Origin: Candidatus Sericytochromatia bacterium
GTDB taxonomy: Bacteria; Cyanobacteriota; Sericytochromatia; S15B-MN24; JAQBPE01
NCBI GenBank assembly: GCA_035285125.1
Contig: JAYKHR010000122.1
Location: 1 to 15,713 of the forward strand
DNA length: 15,713 nucleotides
Direction: 5' to 3'
Under the pieces are notes generated by a model. It was given only the letters and a program-made list of their open reading frames with translations. It had not been told where the DNA came from and searched no databases. Position numbers and translations under genes: made by a program. Of this stretch, positions 7,690 through 14,618 are shown piece after piece. The first letter of the stretch is position 1; each line of letters begins with the position of its first letter.

Positions 7690-7730
7690 TTTAACTGACA
7701 GAAACCTTAATTTAACCATTTTGAAACCTT
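7690..7730. promoter_or_regulatory. AT-rich patch with four roughly 11-bp-periodic direct repeats, candidate OmpR/PhoB-family binding site
   Basis: TTTAACTG(7690), AGAAACCT(7700), TTTAACCA(7711), TGAAACCT(7722), in the divergent intergenic region. Confidence 0.5.
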
Positions 7731-7874
7731 TGGTGGCAGGCCTGCCGCAGCGGCCCGTGGCTGGCGCCTGGAAAGCCGAGGGGCTTCCTGCCGCCGAGCG
7801 AGGCGCAGGCCCCCGCGCCTCGCCGGGTAGATTGAGGCGGCCTGGTCAGCAGGCAAGACCAAGGGGGATCACCG

Positions 7875-9266
7875 ATGGCCCACGCCGCCGCGCCCAGCAC
7901 CGCCACCGCCGCGTCCCGCGAGCGGCCCCACCTTTCGCTCTGGCGCATCCTGGAGATGAACCTCGGGTTCCTCGGGCTGCAATTCAGCTTCGGGCTGCAG
8001 CAGGGCAACATGGGCCCGATCTACTCGTACCTGGGGGCGAACGAGTCGCAGCTGCCGATCCTCCAGCTGGCGGGCCCCCTCACGGGCCTGCTGGTCCAGC
8101 CGATCATCGGGGCGATGAGCGACCGGACGCAGACGCGCTGGGGGCGGCGCACGCCCTACTTCATCTTCGGCGCCGTGCTGTGTGCGCTGGGCCTGTTCGG
8201 GATGCCGCTGGCGGCCTCGCTGATGATGGCGGTCTCCCTGCTGTGGATCCTGGATGCGGGCAACAACATCACGATGGAGCCCTATCGGGCCTACGTCTCC
8301 GACCGGCTGAACCCGGACCAGCGGCAGGCGGGCTTCCTGACGCAGAGCGCCTTCACGGGGCTGGCGCAGTGCCTGGCTTTCCTCACGCCCTCGCTGCTGG
8401 TGTGGCTCGGGATGAACCAGGACTGGGTCGACGCCCACAACATCCCCTACACCACGCGGGCCGTGTTCTGGTTCGGGGCCCTGCTGGGGGCCGTCACCAT
8501 CGCCTGGTCCGTCCTGCGCGTGCCCGAGCTGCCCCTGACGGCCGAGGAGCGAGACCACATCGAGGCTCAGCCAAAAGGGTCGATGGCCATGCTGGCCGAG
8601 ATCGGCGGGGCGATCGCCGAGATGCCGCTCGCGATGCGCAAGCTGGCGCTGATGAGCCTGTTCCAGTGGTTCGCGATGGCCGGCTACTGGGGCTACGTGA
8701 TCTACGCCATCAGCCGGAGCGTCTACGGCACCTCCGACGCGCACAGCACCGGCTTCCACAGCGCGGTGCTGACCAACGGCGAGATGGCCGCTTTCTATAA
8801 TTTGGTGGCCTGCCTGGGCGCCTTCCTGATGGTCCCGCTCGCACGGCGTTGGGGGGCGGGGCCGCTCCACGCGGCCTGCCTCGTGGCTGGTGGCCTGGGG
8901 TTCCTGGTGTTGCCGCACGTGACGGAGAAGGCGCTGCTGTTCCTCCCGGCGATCGGCACGGGCCTCGCCTGGGGCTCTATCATGGGCAACCCCTACGTGA
9001 TCCTCTCCAACGCCATCCCGCCGCAGCGCACGGGGGTCTACATGGGAATCTTCAACATGATGATCGTGATCCCGATGCTGCTGTTCGCCTTCGTGATGAG
9101 CGAGCTCAATCTTGGCTTCGTCACGCTGGGCCTCGGGCTCTACGACCACGCCCTGGGCCACGATCCGCGCAACGTGCTGACGGTGTCCGGGTGCTGCATG
9201 GTCCTCGCTGCGCTGTCCGTGCTCTGGGTGCGCGAGGGCCGAGCCGGGGCCTCCCCCACATCATGA
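7875..9266 (+). CDS. MFS sugar transporter, GPH/SLC45 (sucrose/maltose:H+ symporter-like) family
   Basis: [19 protein letters not shown]...[29 protein letters not shown] (family signature), [44 protein letters not shown]. About 12 hydrophobic segments; SD AAGGGGGA. Confidence 0.93.
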   Translation: MAHAAAPSTATAASRERPHLSLWRILEMNLGFLGLQFSFGLQQGNMGPIYSYLGANESQLPILQLAGPLTGLLVQPIIGAMSDRTQTRWGRRTPYFIFGAVLCALGLFGMPLAASLMMAVSLLWILDAGNNITMEPYRAYVSDRLNPDQRQAGFLTQSAFTGLAQCLAFLTPSLLVWLGMNQDWVDAHNIPYTTRAVFWFGALLGAVTIAWSVLRVPELPLTAEERDHIEAQPKGSMAMLAEIGGAIAEMPLAMRKLALMSLFQWFAMAGYWGYVIYAISRSVYGTSDAHSTGFHSAVLTNGEMAAFYNLVACLGAFLMVPLARRWGAGPLHAACLVAGGLGFLVLPHVTEKALLFLPAIGTGLAWGSIMGNPYVILSNAIPPQRTGVYMGIFNMMIVIPMLLFAFVMSELNLGFVTLGLGLYDHALGHDPRNVLTVSGCCMVLAALSVLWVREGRAGASPTS

Positions 9267-9342
9267 GGGCACGGGAGCGTGGAACGGGCTCGGGAATCCC
9301 TCCGACGGCAGGGGAGCGCCTCGCCAGGAAGGTGGTGGAACA

Positions 9343-10464
9343 GTGTCCCAACCGACCTCTTTCGACAGCCGGGCCGTCTCGCGCTGGGAGCCCGAGGCCT
9401 ACGCGGGGGGCGGTGAGCCGGCCGTGATCCGGGCCGCGGATGCGGCCCCGATCCTCCCGGGCTTCGACCTGTGGGACTGCTGGCCGCTCGCCCACGAGGA
9501 CGGCCGCACCGCCGTGGTGGCGGGGCGCCAGTGGTGGTTCTTCCTGAGCGCCCCGTGCCTCCCCGACCCTGTGCAGCGGCACGACGTGGCGCGCCTTCGC
9601 CTGCTCTCGCGCGGCCCGGATGGCTGGCGCGACCACGGCCACGCGCTGCCAGACGGCCTCTGCCCGGGGTCGCGGGAGTGGGCAGGCTCGGCGGTGGTGC
9701 ATGACGATGGCGTGGGCATCACGCTGCTCTACACGGCCGCCGGCCGCCGGGGCGAGGCCCCCTCGCTGGAGCAGCGCCTGCTCTCGGTACGTGGCACGCT
9801 CGGCCCCGACGGCCCTGGCCGCTGGGGTGCCCCGCAGGAGATGGTGGTGGCGGACGGGGAGCGGTACATGCCGGCCCGGGATCGCGTTGCGGCGTCGGGG
9901 ATGCTGAAGGCCTTCCGGGATCCTGCCTGGTTCCGGGACCCGCAGACGGGCCGGCGCCACGCGCTGTTTGTCGGTAGCGCGGGCTGGGCCCGCCACGCCT
10001 ACAACGGCGTGATCGGCCTGTGCACGCTGGTCGGCGACGCCTGGGGGCTGGAGACGCCTCTGCTGGAAGCCATCGGCGTCAGCAACGAGCTGGAGCGCCC
10101 ACACGTGCTGGTGCAGAACGGCCTCTACTACATGTTTTGGTCCACGCAGCGCCACACCTTCGCACCGGAGGCCGTGGCCGGTCCCAACGGGCTCTACGCC
10201 GCCGTGGCCGAGCGCCTGGCAGGCCCCTGGCGGCCGGTGAACACGGGGGGGCTGGTCGCGGCCAACCCGGCCGCGGAGCCCACGCAGGCCTACTCGTGGT
10301 GGGTCACGGGGGAGGGCGAGGTGTGGAGCTTCATCGACCACTGGGGCCTGCAAGGTCGCCGGCTGGCCGACCACCCCGAACTCGTGCGGGCGCAGTTCGG
10401 AGGCACCCCGGCGCCGGTCTTCCGGCTAGCTTTCGAGGGCGAGCGGGTCACGGTGATCCCCTGA
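9343..10464 (+). CDS. Glycoside hydrolase family 68 (levansucrase/invertase family beta-fructofuranosidase)
   Basis: Catalytic triad motifs are intact: LWDCWPL (nucleophile D45), EWAGSA, AFRDP (D193), NELERPH (acid/base E251). Also AGPNGLY, QAYSW, FGGTPAP. No signal peptide; lies directly after a sucrose-type MFS. Confidence 0.92.
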   Translation: MSQPTSFDSRAVSRWEPEAYAGGGEPAVIRAADAAPILPGFDLWDCWPLAHEDGRTAVVAGRQWWFFLSAPCLPDPVQRHDVARLRLLSRGPDGWRDHGHALPDGLCPGSREWAGSAVVHDDGVGITLLYTAAGRRGEAPSLEQRLLSVRGTLGPDGPGRWGAPQEMVVADGERYMPARDRVAASGMLKAFRDPAWFRDPQTGRRHALFVGSAGWARHAYNGVIGLCTLVGDAWGLETPLLEAIGVSNELERPHVLVQNGLYYMFWSTQRHTFAPEAVAGPNGLYAAVAERLAGPWRPVNTGGLVAANPAAEPTQAYSWWVTGEGEVWSFIDHWGLQGRRLADHPELVRAQFGGTPAPVFRLAFEGERVTVIP

Positions 10465-10522
10465 CGGCCCAGGCCCGCCCGGCGGAGACCGGCGAGGTTC
10501 GGCCAGCGAGAAAGGAAGCGCG

Positions 10523-11185
10523 ATGCGCCTGGAACTCCACGGCTTGCCCACCGTGCTGGTGGGAGAGGATGCCCCGGCGGGGGCGCCGATCCTGGTTGCC
10601 CTGCACGGCATCGGCGCCGACGAGGCAGACCTGCTGCCGGTGTACGCCCCTTGGGCTGGCCGTGCCGTGCTGGCCTTTCCGCGGGCGCCCCACGCCTACC
10701 CGCCTGGGCACGCCTGGTACGCCCTCCACCGGCCGGGCCATCCCGTGGCCGCCTCGTTTGTAGCCACCCAGCGGCTGGTGGGCGGCTGGCTGGCGGCCTT
10801 GCGGGCCACCCCTGGGATGGCCGGGCGGCCCATCTACCTGTCAGGCTTCAGCCAGGGCGCGTTCGTGGCGCTCTCCTATGCGCTGCACCACCCCGAGGCG
10901 ATCGCGGGCGTGGTGGCGTTCAGCGGGCTGCTGCCGCGCGGCCTGCCCCCCGACTGGCCCGCGCCGCCCGCCCTTGCGCGCGACCTGCCCGTGTTCCTTG
11001 CCTTGGGGATGCTGGATCCGCTGTTCCCGATGGCCTGGCTGGAGGAGACGGTGGCCTGCCTTCGTGGTTGGGGCCTGAACCCCACCGTCGTGCCGCACCC
11101 CGGCGGGCACGAGATCCCGCCGTTCGCCGTCGCGGCTGCCTCGGCCTGGCTTCAGGGGCGCTGGCAGCCCGACCTGGGCCCGTAG
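10523..11185 (+). CDS. Alpha/beta hydrolase, phospholipase/carboxylesterase family
   Basis: LVALHGIGADE (oxyanion hole), GFSQG nucleophile elbow, LDPLFP (Asp), GGHEI (His); SD AAAGGA. Confidence 0.92.
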   Translation: MRLELHGLPTVLVGEDAPAGAPILVALHGIGADEADLLPVYAPWAGRAVLAFPRAPHAYPPGHAWYALHRPGHPVAASFVATQRLVGGWLAALRATPGMAGRPIYLSGFSQGAFVALSYALHHPEAIAGVVAFSGLLPRGLPPDWPAPPALARDLPVFLALGMLDPLFPMAWLEETVACLRGWGLNPTVVPHPGGHEIPPFAVAAASAWLQGRWQPDLGP

Positions 11186-11277
11186 TCCCGACGACGTTCC
11201 CCCGCCAAAGAAGCCAGGGCCCGACCGCAGGGGCGAGACTCTTGGCAGCCTCGCCGAGCAGCGACCCGCCTCGGTGG

Positions 11278-11652
11278 TCAGCCCAGCAGCCGGAGCGCGC
11301 CCTGGTTCAGCCCGTTGGCCTGGGCGAGGACGGCCACGCCCTTCTGCTGCTCGATCTGCCGCTTGGCGAGTTGGGCGGACTCGTAGGCGAGGTCCGCGTC
11401 CCGGATCCGAGAGTCATCATCCTGCTGGCTCTCGCGGGCCGCCTTGACGGTGGCCTCCAGGCGGGCCTGGCCCTGGCCCGAGATGCTTACTTCGGCTGCG
11501 GCTGCCCCGCCCGGGCCTGCTGCTCCCTGGCGGGGCGCCGCGGCGGGCGGCGTGGGCGGGGTGCGCTGGGGGGCGATAGGCGCGGCGCCAGCGCGGCGCG
11601 GGGCGGAAGTTCCGGCATCGGCCACCTGGGGGGTGCGGGCGTCGATCTGCAT
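11278..11652 (-). CDS. Small protein carrying only the flagellin C-terminal (D0) helix behind a Pro/Ala-rich N-terminus ('mini-flagellin')
   Basis: The last 44 aa, SRIRDADLAYESAQLAKRQIEQQKGVAVLAQANGLNQGALRLLG, match the Flagellin_C consensus SRIxDADxAxE...K.QI..Q.....LAQAN......L.LL. No flagellin N-terminal domain. SD GGAGG is 6 nt before the ATG. Confidence 0.82.
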   Translation of the reverse strand: MQIDARTPQVADAGTSAPRRAGAAPIAPQRTPPTPPAAAPRQGAAGPGGAAAAEVSISGQGQARLEATVKAARESQQDDDSRIRDADLAYESAQLAKRQIEQQKGVAVLAQANGLNQGALRLLG

Positions 11653-11697
11653 GGGGTTCCTCCGAGGCTGGCGGCCGAACGGCCCGGTGGTGGTTTC

Positions 11698-11724
11698 ATG
11701 CCCCCGACCCGCTCGGCGGAAACC
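11698..11724 (-). promoter_or_regulatory. SigB/SigF-like promoter of the mini-flagellin gene
   Basis: Minus strand reads GGTTT(11724-11720)-N16-GGGCAT(11703-11698), the same geometry as the promoter at 1158-1184; 45 nt upstream of the ATG. Confidence 0.45.
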
Positions 11725-11770
11725 TCACTGGCGCCCCTGAGAGCGGCGGTCAGAGGTGAGCGGACCAGCG

Positions 11771-12005
11771 ATGGTGGCCGGGCTCATTTCGGACGACGCG
11801 GTGTGCCCAACCAGGGCTCGCGCCCCTCAGGACGGGGGACGAGCCACTCGCCGCCGGCCACCGCGAGGCCCTGGGCCTCGTGCACGCGTCGTGGCGAGGC
11901 CTGAGGCTCACGACGGAAACCCTGGAGCGCCTGCAGGGCCTGCTGGTGTCTGTCGTCAGGCTGCTGCTGCATGCAGGCTGGGCCTACGCGCCGAGCGAGG
12001 GGTAG
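11771..12005 (+). pseudogene. Probable degraded Fic-family gene remnant
   Basis: APQD, a frameshift in the G-run 11834-11838, then DEPLAAGHREALGLVHASWRGLRLTTETLERLQGLL resembles the Fic N-terminal PRxRxEQEIAGYRxALxLIHES...LT...L.LH motif. This is directly followed by VRLLLHAGW, like the post-catalytic LLLLYQAGY helix. The HPFxDGNGR core is absent. Confidence 0.42.
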
Positions 12006-13039
12006 TCGGTGTAGCCTGCCGCTCCCTGCGAGTAAAACGTCGCCGGGTCCGGCGCGTTCAGCGGCGCGCCGCGCTCCAACCGAGCCGGGAGGTCCGGGTT
12101 GGCGATGAACGAGCGTCCGAAGGCGACGGCGTCCGCCTCCCCTGCGGCGATCGCGGCCTCGGCGCTCTCGGCCGTGAACCCTTCGTTGGCGATGAACACG
12201 CCGCCGAAGGCCTCCTTCAGCGAGGGCCCCAGGCTGTCCGGGGCGCGGTGCTCGCGGGCGCACAGGAAGGCAATGCCCCGGCGCCCCAGCTCCCGCGCGA
12301 CGTACCCGAAGGTGGCGGCCGGGTCAGAGTCCCCCATCGCGTGCGAGTCGCACCGAGGCGCGAGGTGGACGCCGACGCGGCCCGGGCCCCACACGGCGAT
12401 CGCCGCGTCCGTCGCCTCGAGCAGCAACCGGGCCCGGTGCGCGAGGGGCCCGCCATAGGCGTCCGTGCGGTGGTTGCTGACGTCCTGCAGGAACTGGTCG
12501 AGCAAGTAGCCGTTGGCCGCGTGCAGCTCGACGCCGTCGAAGCCAGCTCGTTGGGCGTTCTGGGCGCCCTGCCTGTAGGCCTCGATGATGCCGGGCAGCT
12601 CCTCGAGGTCCAGGGCGCGGGGCACGGGATAGGGCTCCTTGGGGCGCAGCAACCTCACGTGGCCCTGCGCGGCGATCGCGCTGGGCGCCACGGGCTGGGT
12701 GCCGTCCAGGTAGGTCGGGTGGGAGATGCGCCCCACGTGCCACAGCTGAAGCATAATCTGGCCGCCAGCGGCGTGCACCGCGTCCGTCACGCCCCGCCAA
12801 CCCGCGACCTGCTCCTTCGTCCAGATGCCCGGCGTGTCGGGGTAGCCCACGCCCATGGGGCAGATGGAGGTGGCCTCCGTCAGGATCAGGCCCGCGGTGG
12901 CTCGCTGGACGTAGTAGTCGCGCATCAGCGGGGTGGGGACGCGTCCCGCCCCCGCCCGGCAGCGCGTGAGCGGCGCCATCACAACGCGGTTGGGCAGCTG
13001 GAGTTCGCCGGCACGCAGGGGGGGGAAGAGCTGGGACAC
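11984..13039 (-). CDS. nemA: Old Yellow Enzyme family NADH:flavin oxidoreductase / alkene reductase (XenB/NemA-like)
   Basis: LPNRVVMAPLTRCRA, YYVQRATAGLILTEAT, GYPDTPGIW, LQLWHVGRISH, GFDGVELHAANGYLLDQFL (catalytic HxxNxY), RTDAYGG, FGRSFIANPDLP, GYTDYP. SD GAGGAGG before the GTG. Confidence 0.96.
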   Translation of the reverse strand: MSQLFPPLRAGELQLPNRVVMAPLTRCRAGAGRVPTPLMRDYYVQRATAGLILTEATSICPMGVGYPDTPGIWTKEQVAGWRGVTDAVHAAGGQIMLQLWHVGRISHPTYLDGTQPVAPSAIAAQGHVRLLRPKEPYPVPRALDLEELPGIIEAYRQGAQNAQRAGFDGVELHAANGYLLDQFLQDVSNHRTDAYGGPLAHRARLLLEATDAAIAVWGPGRVGVHLAPRCDSHAMGDSDPAATFGYVARELGRRGIAFLCAREHRAPDSLGPSLKEAFGGVFIANEGFTAESAEAAIAAGEADAVAFGRSFIANPDLPARLERGAPLNAPDPATFYSQGAAGYTDYPSLGA

Positions 13040-13095
13040 GGGGCGACCTCCTCAACTTGACGCCTCACGATACCCCCGCTGCCGGGGGGCGCGCC

Positions 13096-13137
13096 AGCCT
13101 CGGCGATGGCCTGGGCCGCCGCAGGCCTGCCGAGGTT
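13096..13137. terminator. Strong GC-rich hairpin between the P450 and OYE genes
   Basis: CCTCGGC(13098-13104) pairs with GCCGAGG(13129-13135) around an inner GGCCTG/CAGGCC stem; about 30 nt after the P450 stop. No U-tract on the minus strand. Confidence 0.4.
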
Positions 13138-13167
13138 CGAGGGGAAACCGAAGCCGCGCCACCTCGC

Positions 13168-14520
13168 TCAGGCTGCTCCCCCCGCGCGCGGCACGAGCCG
13201 CACCGAGACCGGCTTCGTCAGGCGCAGGGCGATGCCCCCACCGAGCGCCAGCGCCGGCGGCGAGGCGGGTTCGAGGCGAAACCGGCTCAAGCAGGCCGCG
13301 ATCAGGGCCGCGAGCTCTGTCAGGGCCGCGTGGTTGCCGATGCAGAGGTGCTGCCCGCCGCCAAAGGGGAAGTACGCCATCCGCGGCAGCGCGCGCTCGA
13401 ACTCTCGCGTCCAGCGCGAGGGCCTGAAGGCGAGCGGCTCGGGGAAGAGCCGCGCGTCGCGGTGGAGGAGCCACTGCGGCAGCACGACGAGTTGCCCGCG
13501 CTCCACGGTGACCTCCCCCAACGTGGCGGGCTCGGTGGCCTCCCGTAGCATCGCGTAGGTGGGCGGATACAGCCGCAGCACCTCGGCCAAGATGCGGCGC
13601 ACGGCCTCACACCTGGGCACGTGCGCGGCGGAGAGCGGGGCGCCCGCCGTGACGGCCTGGATTTCTGCCGCGGCCTCTTCTTGTACCTCTGGGTGGTGGG
13701 CGAGCAGGTGCAGGGCGACGCTGAGCGTGAATGCGTTGGGCTCGTGGCCGGCCAGAAACAGCGAAAACACCTCGTCCTCGAGCGCGGACTCGGCCATCGG
13801 GTGGCCCTCGGGGTCGCGCGCAGCCAGAATTCGCGCCAGCACCCCGACATCAGGCGTTGCAGCCGCGCGCTCCTCGGCCACGAGGGCCCGGATGAAGCCC
13901 CTGGCGCGTTGTTGCGCAGCCTCGAAGCGGAGGCGGCCCGGCAGCAGCACCCAACCCGTCAGCCGGATGGGGATCTTCACGCGCCACTCCAGCAGCCGGG
14001 GCAACACCTGGAACTCGCGGTCGAGGGCCTCAATGTCGAGGCTGGTGTCTGGGCGGGCGAGGGTGGCAAGGAAGACGCGGCGCAACAGCCGCTGCGCCTC
14101 CGGCCGCAGGTCGAAGGGCTCGCCCACGGGCCAGGCGGCCATGGCGCCCTCCCCTGCCTCCAGCACCCGAGGCAGCAGGGGCGCCACGGCACGGGGCAGG
14201 AAGCCCGGCTGCATCAGGCGGCGCTGGGCCAGCCAATGTGGCCCCTCGCTCGTCAGGAGCCCCTGGCCGTAGGGCGAGGTGGCACGCAGCCTTGGAAAGG
14301 GCTTCGCAAATCGCCTGGCCTGTGTGAGCAAGACCTCCTCGACCAGCTCCGGCTGCAACACGACCAGGGCCGTGCGACCGAGCAGCCTCCGCCGCACGAT
14401 GCCCTCCCCCTCCCCGCGCAGGCTGTCGAGGAAGCGCAGCGGGTCTGCCGCGAGGGACCAGGCGTCCTGGACCGCGCGGGCGGCGCCACGAACGAGCCGA
14501 GAGGGGCGGAGCGGACGCAT
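13168..14520 (-). CDS. Cytochrome P450
   Basis: Heme motif YFPFGGGQHLCIG (Cys393), K-helix EVLRLYPP (ExxR), meander FRPSRW, I-helix FLAGHEPN, GQGLLTSEG..W..QRRLMQPGF. Confidence 0.96.
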   Translation of the reverse strand: MRPLRPSRLVRGAARAVQDAWSLAADPLRFLDSLRGEGEGIVRRRLLGRTALVVLQPELVEEVLLTQARRFAKPFPRLRATSPYGQGLLTSEGPHWLAQRRLMQPGFLPRAVAPLLPRVLEAGEGAMAAWPVGEPFDLRPEAQRLLRRVFLATLARPDTSLDIEALDREFQVLPRLLEWRVKIPIRLTGWVLLPGRLRFEAAQQRARGFIRALVAEERAAATPDVGVLARILAARDPEGHPMAESALEDEVFSLFLAGHEPNAFTLSVALHLLAHHPEVQEEAAAEIQAVTAGAPLSAAHVPRCEAVRRILAEVLRLYPPTYAMLREATEPATLGEVTVERGQLVVLPQWLLHRDARLFPEPLAFRPSRWTREFERALPRMAYFPFGGGQHLCIGNHAALTELAALIAACLSRFRLEPASPPALALGGGIALRLTKPVSVRLVPRAGGAA

Positions 14521-14618
14521 GGGGACACCTGGAGGCGCGGGCCCTCGGGGGCCTTACAAGGCTCGCCTTACCCGCGGGACGGCCGGGCCCCACCTGGCGG
14601 CGAGGTCCTGAGGCCGCG

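Noticed and set aside
6308..10374. ORFs 6308-7630 (+), 7655-8800 (+), 7869-9161 (-) and 9121-10374 (-)
   Set aside because: Alternative-frame or antisense overlaps of the GT2, lipoprotein, MFS and GH68 genes.
11232..11255. GGCGAG...CTCGCC hairpin as a bidirectional terminator
   Set aside because: A short imperfect stem with no U-tract on either strand; common by chance at this GC content.
11278..11652. Calling this gene fliC or flgM
   Set aside because: It lacks the flagellin N-terminal domain and the FlgM C-terminal sigma28-binding motif, so neither symbol is justified.
11701..11727. Sigma28 (FliA) promoter for the mini-flagellin: TGAGGTTT-N11-GTCGGGGG
   Set aside because: The -35 is a 6/8 match but the -10 only 3/8 to GCCGATAA; the SigB/SigF-like reading of the same bases fits better. 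Not fully excluded.
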